The notes beneath the pieces were generated by a model that worked only from the letters and a program-made list of their open reading frames with translations, searched no databases and was not told the DNA's origin. A stretch of DNA of 61,254 nucleotides, filler included, from Nemertoderma westbladi (lineage: Eukaryota > Animalia > Xenacoelomorpha): the NCBI GenBank assembly GCA_032718475.1. It is 3 parts of 3 records of this genome, joined end to end, with 100 filler letters (N's around TTAATTAATTAA, not from the genome) between each part and the next. Parts side by side here need not be neighbours in the genome. Positions count along the whole stretch, not along the records: positions 17,597 to 42,216 come from JAUCBJ010000205.1; positions 42,317 to 61,254 come from JAUCBJ010000774.1; 1 more part is not named here. One strand, written 5' to 3'. A program made the translations under genes and the position numbers. Shown one piece after another: positions 38,906-51,200 of the stretch (position 1 is the stretch's first letter; each line of letters starts with the position of its first letter).

Positions 38906-40257
38906 CGTTATTTATATTTTTCAATGGATTTTCCTGATGTAATTTATATTTTAATTAGAATTAATATTATATAAAGTAACAAATTAATTAAAATATTTAA
39001 TATATTTGCGATGCGAGTATATTTGGTGATTTCATATTGTATTATTGTTAGTTATTATACGTACTTTGTCATTGTAATTAATGTATACTACGTTTTAGTG
39101 CTTATTGTTAGACAAATTGCAATTATATCTATATATAATATTAGGTATGTGCTATGATGTACTATAATAATATTATAACTATAATACTATAATAATAATA
39201 TAATGACAGTCCATGTGTTAACTGGGATGGCTCTCCTAATGTCTGTCTCAGTGGGCAATGGAGAATAGTGTGTGCTATGGAAAGTATTAAGTAATAACGA
39301 ACCTGCCTTTTTGTACGAAGTTGGAGGCTGAAAGAAATTTGGGATCTATCTATCTATGTGGCGGGCTGGAGGGCCTTGTTTGTCCACAAAATGGCTTGGC
39401 CGCACGAGCATTTAATGAAACACTGTGAAACAGGTATCGAATGAAATGTTCTCTAGTTGGTGAAAAAAAAAGTTTGAAAATCTTAGACCAAAGGGTGTCG
39501 AGAAATTTACATGTATTGGCTTTTTGCACAAAATACTCATTTCAGCTGATTTTTAGCGGTTCTACAAGTGGGAACTAATTATTTTACATGGTAAGAATAA
39601 CTTATTCTTATATAAATATTAAATTGCTAGAGTCTCTAATCTCTATAACCCATTCCATCAAAGTCTTTAATTAATTTAAGAAATTAATGTTAAGAATGCA
39701 TGTTTTTAATTGATTGAAATGATTTAAGTGATATTTATTGTTGAATTATCCACGCTGGACACATATTTCCATAGACCACTATTATAGGTAGATTAGCCTT
39801 CTTAATTCAGCCTAGCTAGAACTCCATCTTGCTTGCTTCCATCCAATCACAGACTAATAACTGAATAACTACCTACTATTATCTACTGAATATGAATAAT
39901 GTATTGACAATAGATATCATATTGCCGGCAGGTTCAACGAACTGTGTTTATTACACGAACGGATTACGTGGTAAGCATTAAACAACTGTAACATAGTGTA
40001 TGGATGATAGAAATCAAATATAATATTGAGGCTGTCTTTCTGTCTTTAGCTGGTTTATATTATATTAATTAAAGATAACACTAGTAAACGTTTTCAACGG
40101 TTTCTGCATCAGACTATTATCTTTCTGTCTTTAATTAATACAATAAACCAGCTAAAGACCCTCAATATTTTATTTCATTTCTATCAGCCCTAGACCACTG
40201 GGTGTCGATTGATAGTAACAATGTGTTGGCAAGCTGTATTTTTCGAGGTGTTTGTTA

Positions 40258-40457
40258 TTATACATTTATTATAAGAAGGGATCTAGGGGTCTTAACCTCG
40301 AATGATAAGTTTATTTTACCGAAAATAACTTATCTTTTATTGGCGCAATTGTAGGACTAATCCCATCACATGCGTACTTTTTAACCGGGTAGTGTACAAA
40401 TTTATGGAATCGCGTAATTTTTCTTGAAATTAATATCTCATATCTCTCCAAACCACG
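40258..40457 (-). mobile_element. 5'-truncated copy of the hammerhead SINE
   Basis: Matches 21931-22107 and ends at CCAAACCACG. Confidence 0.85.
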
Positions 40458-41259
40458 CTGGACACATATTTCCATAGACCACTATTATAGGTAGATTAGC
40501 CTGTCTTTGAAATTCAGACTCCATAGCTCAAGAACCTGTGGCCTAGTCGTTGCAGTCTCGGCTTGCCGCCATCCAGGTCCCAGGCTAATAACTGAATACC
40601 GACCTACTCTTATCGACTGAATGATGACCCAGTAAGGTCTTGACAACACGATATCGTGGTTGCCGGCAGGTTCAACGATACTGTGATATTAATTTCACGA
40701 ACGGATTACGTGGTACGCATTAAACAACTGTAACATAGTTGTAACACTACCCGGTTAATCAAATATACGCATGTGATGGGTCTTTCTGTCTCTAGCTGGT
40801 TTATATTGCGCTCAATTAAAGATAACACTAGTATACGTTTTCAACGGTTTCTGCATCAGACTATTATCATTCGAGGTTAAGACAATAAACCAGCTCAAGA
40901 CCCTCAATATCTTATTTCATTTCTATCATCCTGATGTGTTTATTACCTGATTTATTTGTAAGCTATTTCCCACGGTGTTAGTTGATCAGAGTGGCTATTG
41001 GCTGATTGGGACGAGCCATAAAGGCAGCCAAGACGCATTTACAATTAGCACAATGGTTATTCCTCGGGCCGAGCCGCAAACGGTGTTGCGAGACATTGGC
41101 AAAAAAAATAAATTGAAAAATAAAATTAAAATTAAAAAAAAAATAAAATAAGATTTAAAAAATTTTTTTTTTTTATTTATTACAACAAATACATTATAAT
41201 AATTAAAAAGGGTAATAAATTTCGCTATTTAAGTATCGATCGTATCGTCTCGTATCGAT

Positions 41260-41757
41260 CCGATCAAGCCGAGTCGAACTGATGGAGCCGAGTCGAACCT
41301 ATCGAGCTGAGTTGAACCTATCGAGCTGAGACAGACCTATCGAGCCAAGTTGAACCTATCGAACCGAGTCGAACCCATCAAGCCGAGTCACACCAATTGA
41401 GCCAGATCAAGATGAGTCGGACCGTTTGAGCCGAGCCGAACCTATTGAGCCAAGTCGAACCTAATGAGCCGTGTCGAACCCATTGAGCAGAGTCGAACTG
41501 ATTGAGCCGGATTGAGTCAAACCTAAGGAGCCGAGTCGAACTGATCGAACCAAGTCGAACCGAGTCAAACTGATCAAGCCAGATCAAACCGATTGAGCCT
41601 GATGGAACCAATCGAGCGGAGACGAACCAATTTAGCTGAATCGAACCGATCAAGCCATGTCGAACCAATCAAGCCAAGTTGAACCATGATCGAGCCGAGT
41701 CGAACCAATCGAGCCGAGTTGAACTGATTGAGCCGAGTCGAACTGATTGAGCCGAGT
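41260..41757. repeat. Degenerate ~20-bp tandem repeat (GAGCCGAGTCGAAC...)
   Basis: About 25 diverged units. Confidence 0.85.
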
Positions 41758-42216
41758 AAGTAGGCTTATGTAAGTATGTATGTGCACAATATTGGCTGTA
41801 TGTACATATTGACATTGGCCCTAGCACCTAGCTGATAGCAGGACAGGCCATTAGAGATGGTAATAGGCTTCCAGTAATGATTGGAACCTAGATATTGTCT
41901 GCATGCTGGTGCCACCCATACCAGGGCAATAGATTTGTCTGCATGGTCACTCAGGGTACTAGTTTGATGGGCAGGTCCGTTTAAAGCCTGCTTGCTGGCC
42001 TTCTAGTTGAGTTGATGTAAAGGACAAGGCTATACATGGCAATAATAATAAGATCAATTTGTATTCAATTTATTTTAGTTAGATTACCCATAGCCTCGTT
42101 TAACATTGCTGCCTAGTTGAATTAATCTGCCGCCCAACCTCAACAGCCACGCCGAGTAAAGCCAGGAAATCAGGAATGCTTATAAATTTAATCAAAAGTC
42201 TAAATAAAACAAAATA

Positions 42217-42316
42217 NNNNNNNNNNNNNNNNNNNNNNNNNNNNNNNNNNNNNNNNNNNNTTAATTAATTAANNNNNNNNNNNNNNNNNNNNNNNNNNNN
42301 NNNNNNNNNNNNNNNN
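42217..42316. other. Artificial 100-bp scaffold linker
   Basis: Same N44-TTAATTAATTAA-N44 structure as 17497-17596. Confidence 0.97.
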
Positions 42317-44015
42317 CGAGTTTGTTGAAGACCAAATCTAGGACCTTAATTGTGTTAGCAACTGTTAGTATGAGCGCTGAAAATGTCTGCGAAGTGAACC
42401 CTGCTTTATTTGAAGACTTCCACCTTGTCAAGGAAGGTTTGAAGGAAACTTTACCGCTCACTGTCATAACGACTGAGTGTTCTTGTGTAAGGATTAGACG
42501 TATTATGTTTACAGTTCATAAACTCCCAGAAGAGTCTAATAACACGGAAGTAATCAGCTGTGTCATTATGGAAGTTCTCTGTGCCACCACCCAAATACCA
42601 TCTGAGGGCATCGATAGTACTATCATGGTACAGGTTGAGCATAAGCTGGGTGTTTTGCTTGCGCTTTCCAACGTTGATTGTTGCATATGTCAGCTTGTGG
42701 GCTTTTCGCAGATTGACTGAAGAATCACAATTAATTCTCTCTGTATCCATCTGATACACCATACGAACATCAGACATCGACACTTTAGCATTTGCTCCTA
42801 TTTGAAATACGTCATTCATATAACTCCACTTAAATTCAGGAGGATAAAAAATGCTGGTGTTAAATAAGTTATTTCGTGTATTCTTCATGAGGTGATTATA
42901 ATCAAACAACGGAATTATATCACAAAGCTCTGGTTCATATATAATCTTTGAGTAAGCATTGACATTAACTGAAAGGCCATCAGTAACAAACACTCGTGGC
43001 TGAAACTCGGCCTCTTTTAAATGTTTCACAACTTCCTTGAATTCTTTTATCAACATGTCTCCAGTTAATGTATCGTAACATGGCACTGACTTGACAATTA
43101 TTCCATTTCCCCCACTTAGACCTCTTACCATAATATCCAGCAGGGTCTTTGGTGATTCGATAATACCTCCTGCACTAAATATTGATTCTCTCTGTAAGTA
43201 AATTTCATCCGCGTATATTACAACATTCTGATCCATACCAATGCTCTTTAGAAGTGTATAAACTTTTACGTCACCTCTTGTCAACTTTTCAAACAATGAA
43301 ATGCTGGGTAGGTTCGGCATCAGCTTCAAGAGCTCTTTATATCCATTCCTGCTCTTATAACGTAGAATAAGACACTTTCTAATGATATTCTTGGGGTATA
43401 TTCCTATCTTTTTATAATTGCGGTACTCGTCTAGAAATTCCATGAAATCTGAGTCAAAATTAGGCAATGAATGAAACTTGACCTCATTCATTAGCCTAAG
43501 CAAAACGCTTTTCTTCTGAACTTTATTATACCCACTTTTGTTACGTGGTAAATAGCTAAAATTAACGAGGGGTATTTTAGAGGTGTTTTGAGAAACAATA
43601 AAGTACGTCGTTGAGATCTTAAGGAAGTAATTCAGTTTTAGATTTTCGGGGGAAATTTCATAAATCATAATTCCATCTTCACTTTCAACATCACACCTAC
43701 ACGCATGTACCTCTCTATTCTTAAAAACATCCTCGTCTTCAATCCATTTCTTTATATTTCCCAACTCCCACTCCAATTTGTCTTCTTCAACTAATTTTCT
43801 ATTTTCGAGTAGGTTGTATAGTGTGGGATCAACTTTTCGTTTAGTTGGTGACTTTCGTAGTGGAGATGGTAATGGCACAACCAATGTAAATATTGATGGA
43901 ATTGATTCCTTTTTGAGATTGGAACTTCGAAACTGCAAATTTCTGTTCATCATAAAATCCTTAGGCTCGAAGTGAACTTTACAAATTCGATCTTTATCGT
44001 AATCGAATTCTCGAC
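42317..44015 (-). CDS. THAP/P-element superfamily transposase exon 2, frameshifted at about 42455 and cut by the gap
   Basis: Acceptor TTTTTTCGTTAG| in phase with exon 1, ICKVHF...SIPSIF (THAP end), YADEIY, VTDG, FDYNHLMKNTRNNL (DxxH), KQNTQL. Continues as GFTSQTFSAL in another frame. Confidence 0.88.
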
Positions 44016-45064
44016 CTAACGAAAAAATAATCTAAAATAGTTTATATGGCTAGAGTTCCGCCCGTGCCAGTATTTCTATTTCACATTGCAATGTAAACTA
44101 ATTACTACTGAATACAAAAACTCGAATCAATAATCAATTAAATGTTCAAAAAATTTGTATTACTAGCTAATTTATAATTTCTAAATAACTATCGGTAGTA
44201 TTTAAAAAATTTTTTTAAAAATTTGGTATTAAATTTAGTGTTATAAATGTTATAGTTTCAGGTATCTAGCAATTTTTAAGGTAGCTAGTATTTTTATAAC
44301 ATAGGTGTAGCTTGTGTGACCATTTTCTAAATTTAAATTTTTATTTTTTCGATTTTTATTATTGGAAAGTGTTATAGAACATAAGTAGATATGTTGTATT
44401 TATGGTAGCAAGTGTTTTTTTTTTACGAGCTAGTATCTTTTGAAACTATAAAAATTTTGAAATATTTGGCAATAAATTGTTAAAAGTTGAAATCTGATTT
44501 TTTTTAAATTACTAGCTAATTTAAAATTAAAAAATAATTAGCTATATGTTCTAGATCATTTTATTTTTTATTTTATTCTAGAATAGTTAAATAACTTTTA
44601 TATGGTGTTCTATAACTAATATTGAAGCCATAGTAACAATGATTAAGGAATATACACACATACGCATGTGGCATACGGATAGCCGTTTTTTTAACTAGCT
44701 AGTATTTTTTGAAATTATAAAAAAATGTGAAAACATTGATTCTAGAATGTTTTCCAATATTAAAAAAACACTAAATAAAATATTATTTTTTTTATTTTCA
44801 AAAATACTAGCTAGTGAAAAAAATACTACTAGATGTCAGAAAAAATGTATACTAAGGTTCTAGAACAATCACCAATGTTCTAGAACATAATAAAATGCAA
44901 CAAAACCAAATAAAAAGACATACACATTTTTTAAATTTGCTGTACCGGTACCATGGATATAGGCCTACACAACACATACCATACTACTGTACCGGTACCG
45001 GTAGTACCAAATATATAACATGTCATAGAACATTTTATGCGTGATATAATAATAAAATCCTTAC

Positions 45065-45179
45065 CTGGCGTATTCAGCCCCTGACGAATCGCTTGTTTCC
45101 ATTCATTGCAAACAGCAACATCAATAGGAAACCGGTGCAAATGGTCTTTTGACTTGCATACTAAACAAGTACGTGGCAT
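45065..45179 (-). CDS. THAP/P-element transposase exon 1 (MPRTCLVC...HRFP...W)
   Basis: First half of the THAP C2CH motif, donor CAG|GTAAGG, phase 1. Confidence 0.85.
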
Positions 45180-45773
45180 GATGTAGATAGTTCACTATGT
45201 GTAGCCAGTACAGGCCCTACTGTGTAGAGACTAAAGGTTACCGCGATGTACTGGTTAATTGTAATCGAAAAATTATCGGTTAAAATATTGTTTTAAAATA
45301 GTTCAGCTGTAGCTAGTTGTGGTAATAATAATATTGTTGACAAACCAACGCATCAATATTACAACAGCGCAGTTCAAGAATAATGACACTACTACTTGTT
45401 GCCATAGAAATATATCGCAAATAAGATTAAATCGCCCCCAACACTGCATTTCTTTTTGCCAAATATGAAAACTTTGACGGATTATATCTCGAGAACGCTC
45501 CGGTCGAATTTGCTTAAATTTTTTTTCTGGGGTTTCTATGGCATATACTACCACTTTATTGAAAAAAATATCGGGGCCGAAAAAATAACACTAATGCGGT
45601 TCCGTCTATATTTAGTATTCCATGGGGTACTGTATTTTAGATTTTTTATGTTTTACGTCAGCAGAGGAATCAGAGTTCCATATCGTTGGCCCTGAAAAAT
45701 AATTATTACTGTTTGGAAATTATTGGAAAACTAATGGATCTTTGAGATGAGCAATGAGCATATCCTTGCCTTA

Positions 45774-46156
45774 AGGCCTGTTTACACGTGGCAACTTTTA
45801 GAGCAACTTTCTCGGCAACTTGTAGAGCAAACCAGGTTGTCGATCAAGTTGATCCGTGTAAACACGTAAAAAAGTTGCCGTAAAAGTTTCTCAACTTTTA
45901 AGGCAACTTGAAGGAATTTGCGTTGGCGAATTAAAGCGGGATAATCAAATTAAATTATCAAAAACTAGCTAGTAGATAAATATAAAATGACCCACTATTT
46001 TACAGTTAAACTCGCTCTAAAAGTTGATCTAAAAGTTGCCGGCCATGTTGCTGGTAAAGTTGCCACGTGTAAACAGCGATTAAATTAAGTTGCTCCAAGA
46101 AACGTTGCTAGTTGCCGAGAAAGTTGATCCAAAAGTTGCCACGTGTAAACAGACCT
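45774..46156. mobile_element. Palindromic MITE, PIF/Harbinger-like
   Basis: TIRs AGGCCTGTTTACACGTGGCAACTTTT / AAAAGTTGCCACGTGTAAACAGACCT, flanks TTA / CTA, internal GCAACTT repeats. Superfamily is inference. Confidence 0.8.
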
Positions 46157-46462
46157 CTAGGGGTAGAATAGCTTACGTTGATAGTTAGACGTAAAGGATA
46201 ATATATTATCTGTTGAATAAGTTAAATTTGTATAAGTTACTGTATAATGTACAATGCTCTATATGTATATTACATGTTCTCATACTGTATAATATTAATA
46301 TTGATGTTTCAATATTTACAAAGTATAATAATTCTAATAAAAATATGTATGGTAGAAAAATACATTATTGCGTTTTTCCTTTCTCTCTGCGTTTTTCCTC
46401 CCTCTCTGGTCATTTTTCCGCGTAATTCTTTTCCCCCCTTGTTTACAGTCTGTTTTGCCCCA

Positions 46463-46546
46463 GCCCTAGCTCAGTCGGTAGAGCGTTGGAAATTATATGT
46501 GTAGTAGGTATTGAGTTCGAATCCTAGTAAGTGCGAATTATTTTTT
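46463..46546 (+). pseudogene. tRNA-derived sequence (pseudo-tRNA or SINE head)
   Basis: A box TAGCTCAGTCGG, B box GAGTTCGAATCC, downstream T6. No proper anticodon or acceptor stems. Confidence 0.65.
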
Positions 46547-46599
46547 GTACAGAATTTCAACTCATTTAAATTAACCGCTACAAATTAATTGCATTTATC

Positions 46600-46775
46600 T
46601 GTACCAATGAGACTGTAGTTATTTGATTGTAACCAATGTCGTGCAAGTTATATATTAGCTGGACCAATAGCTATCTTTAAAACCCCGTTAGAACCCATAG
46701 AACAATCGAGAATTTTCTCGATTGATTGCGGCACAAATTTGCTATATAAAGGTGCGATTTGTTCATTAGTTATCA
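46600..46775 (+). promoter_or_regulatory. Pol II promoter-like module (3x CCAAT plus TATA)
   Basis: CCAAT at 46604, 46633 and 46664, TATATAAAG at 46744, TTAGT about 22 nt downstream. Confidence 0.45.
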
Positions 46776-48279
46776 ATCTCTCAACACTATATCTTATATC
46801 TCAATCTTTCTCAGATTATCTTATCAATATTCTGTCGTGCTTAGTTTATTCTTAGATTACATTGTATTATAATTGTATCTTCTGTAATAAAGTCAGAATA
46901 TTCTCTCAGCTTTTCTATCTGTTTTACTATGGATTCACTACGGTGAACAAACTCAGGGACAGGATGGCCGGCTAGAGATCGGGCCGCAGCAATGAACGGG
47001 AACATCACGGGAATGTAGACGAGAGACAACCCGCAATACCATTTAGAGTTATTCGCCCATCGCCTGAAAGGTTAGACAGCGTTCGATCCTTGCTACCTAA
47101 GTATAAGACCAAAAGATCAAAAGGTAGACGTAGTGACACGCTGTAAGCCTAAAATTACATCAAAAGGGACTGTACTGTCTTGATTCAGGAAAAACCGCAG
47201 TAGACCTTCATATTCCTACGGGGGGGGGGGGGGGGGGAGAGCGCAGGCAGATACTAGTACGCAGATAGGACGTAGGCACACCGGTACAAGGCATACACAT
47301 TGGTTAGGGTGCAGCAAACTGTACGCTTAACTCTTGCTAAGTACAGGTGCGTCTGTGACTATTTGCCGTGCAACGGTGTCCATTGCATTAGAACTTGTAG
47401 GCTAGGGGGGTTGCTGTGTTTTCACCTGAATTGGGATTGTACCGTTCAGGCGGTAGGGCAGTTTACACTAGGCGCAAATAAATTGAGGCTATCAGGGATA
47501 CTAACATCTACCGTGTCCCCGCCAACGCCCTAATAGGAAGTTACCCGGACTACCTGGGTGACTAAAATTCTAGATAGGAGCCAGGATAGCTATTAGTACC
47601 TGTACGCCTACAGTAGTAAACTAACACATCTCTTCTTAGTATCAGGGACCTGGTACCTAAAATTGCCGAATTCTGGGCGTAGTATTAACCTTATGCCTGA
47701 ATTTGAGTCCTGGAAATACGCAAGAGGGGAAGGAACCTTATCATTCGTGAGTATTGGACCTACAAGTTATAAAATTAGAATATTCGTAAAATGCACACCG
47801 TACCCAGTAATTATATATGTGAAGGAGCAAAACTGCTTTTGACCGTTCAGAATTAACACACGCGCGTTAGAAATTATTTACACCTCAAAATATATAAAAT
47901 TAACTTTCGTCCTTACTGCACTTTGCTCGCTAGTTAGACATCTCCAAATATCTGCCTCTGTACCTAGCTAGCGTCCCTTTGCCCAACCATATAAATCACA
48001 CCGCGGCAAAGTATACGAGCCCCTTAGTCCGTCAGTGAGTCAGCCTGATTTTAGGATTCGCTGCGCGGGATTTTGTTTCATCGAAGTTTGTCTGCTCGTA
48101 GACTGTTTTCTGCCTCACCGGTTATAAGAGATCGATACTGCAATATATTCGCTTACTTAGAGTTTACTGTTTTGGTGAGAAGGTCGGATTTATGATTTGA
48201 TTTACAAACTTTACAGTAAGATATTGCAGGTATTGTTACCGTCTCTTCCAATAGTAGGAATAGGCGTATCTCTTCAATT

Positions 48280-51200
48280 AAATTACAAACTTACATAATT
48301 AGTAGCAACATTAAATGATTACAAACTTACATAATTAGTATCAACATTACATGATTACAAACTTACATACGTAGTAGTAACATTAAATGATTACAAACTT
48401 ACATAATTAGTAGCAACATTAAATGATTACAAACTTATATAATTAGTAGCAACATTACATGATTACAAACTTACATACGTAGTAGTAACATTAAATGATT
48501 ACAAACTTACATAATTAGTAGCAACATTAAATGATTACAAACTTATATAATTAGTAGCAACATTAAATGATTACAAACTTACATACTTAGTAGCAACATT
48601 AAAAGATTACAAACTTACATAATTAGTAGCAACATTAAATGATTACAAACTTACATACTTAGTAGCAACATTAAAAGATTACAAACTTACATAATTAGTA
48701 GCAACATTAAATGATTACAAACTTACATAATTAGTATCAACATTACATGATTACAAACTTACATACGTAGTAGTAACATTAAATGATTACAAACTTACAT
48801 AATTAGTAGCAACATTAAATGATTACAAACTTACATAATTAGTATCAACATTACATGATTACAAACTTACATACGTAGTAGTAACATTAAATGATTACAA
48901 ACTTACATAATTAGTAGCAACATTAAATGATTACAAACTTATATAATTAGTAGCAACATTACATGATTACAAACTTACATACGTAGTAGTAACATTAAAT
49001 GATTACAAACTTACATAATTAGTATCAACATTACATGATTACAAACTTACATACGCAGTAGTAACATTAAATGATTACAAACTTACATAATTAGTTAGTA
49101 ACATTAAATGATTACAAACTTACATAATTAGTAGCAACATTAAAAGATTACAAACTTACATAATTAGTAGCAACATTAAATAATTACAAACTTACATAAT
49201 TAGTATCAACATTACATGATTACAAACTTACATACGTAGTAGTAACATTAAATGATTACAAACTTACATAATTAGTAGCAACATTACATGATTACAAACT
49301 TACATACGTAGTAGTAACATTAAATGATTACAAACTTACATAATTAGTATCAACATTACATGATTACAAACTTACATACGTAGTAGTAACATTAAATGAT
49401 TACAAACTTACATAATTAGTTAGTAACATTAAATGATTACAAACTTACATAATTAGTAGCAACATTACATGATTACAAACTTACATACGTAGTAGTAACA
49501 TTAAATGATTACAAACTTACATAATTAGTTAGTAACATTAAATGATTACAAACTTACATAATTAGTATCAACATTACATGATTACAAACTTACATACGTA
49601 GTAGTAACATTAAATGATTACAAACTTACATAATTAGTATCAACATTACATGATTACAAACTTACATACGTAGTAGTAACATTAAATGATTACAAACTTA
49701 CATAATTAGTTAGTAACATTAAATGATTACAAACTTACATAATTAGTAGCAACATTAAAAGATTACAAACTTACATAATTAGTAGCAACATTACATGATT
49801 ACAAACTTACATACGTAGTAGTAACATTAAATGATTACAAACTTACATAATTAGTTAGTAACATTAAATGATTACAAACTTACATAATTAGTAGCAACAT
49901 TAAATAATTACAAACTTACATAATTAGTACTAGTAGCAACAGTAAATAATTACAAACTTACATAATTAGTAGCAACATTACATGATTACAAACTTACATA
50001 CGTAGTAGTAACATTAAATGATTACAAACTTACATAATTAGTAGCAACATTACATGATTACAAATTTACATACGTAGTAGTAACATTAAATGATTACAAA
50101 CTTACATAATTAGTTAGTAACATTAAATGATTACAAACTTACATAATTAGTAGCAACATTAAAAGATTACAAACTTACATAATTAGTAGCAACATTAAAT
50201 AATTACAAACTTACATAATTAGTAGCAACATTAAATGATTACAAACTTACATAATTAGTAGCAACATTACATGATTACAAATTTACATACGTAGTAGTAA
50301 CATTAAATGATTACAAACTTACATACTTATTTAGTAACATTAAATGATTACAAACTTACATAATTAGTAGCAACATTACATTATTACAAACTTACATAAT
50401 TAGTATCAACATTACATGATTACAAACTTACATACGTAGTAGTTACATTAAATAATTACAAACTTACATAATTAGTATCAACATTACATGATTACAAACT
50501 TACATACGTAGTAGTTACATTAAATGATTACAAACTTACATAATTAGTAGCAACATTAAATGATTACAAACTTACATAATTAGTATCAACATTACATGAT
50601 TACAAACTTACATACGTAGTAGTAACATTAAATGATTACAAACTTACATAATTAGTAGCAACATTAAATGATTACAAACTTACATAATTAGTAGCAACAT
50701 TACATGATTACAAACTTACATACGTAGTAGTAACATTAAATGATTACAAACTTACATAATTAGTAGCAACATTAAATGATTACAAACTTACATAATTAGT
50801 AGCAACATTACATGATTACAAATTTACATACGTAGTAGTAACATTAAATGATTACAAACTTACATACTTATTTAGTAACATTAAATGATTACAAACTTAC
50901 ATAATTAGTAGCAACATTACATTATTACAAACTTACATAATTAGTATCAACATTACATGATTACAAACTTACATACGTAGTAGTAACATTAAATGATTAC
51001 AAACTTACATACTTATTTAGTAACATTAAATGATTACAAACTTACATAATTAGTATCAACATTACATGATTACAAACTTACATACGTAGTAGTAACATTA
51101 AATGATTACAAACTTACATACTTATTTAGTAACATTAAATGATTACAAACTTACATAATTAGTAGCAACATTACATTATTACAAACTTACATAATTAGTT

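Noticed and set aside
48236-48270. Minus-strand RYAYSYYWKR segment as the next ACE exon
   Set aside because: Spacing does not fit the G..D.G.YW motif, the acceptor lacks a pyrimidine tract, and a stop follows.
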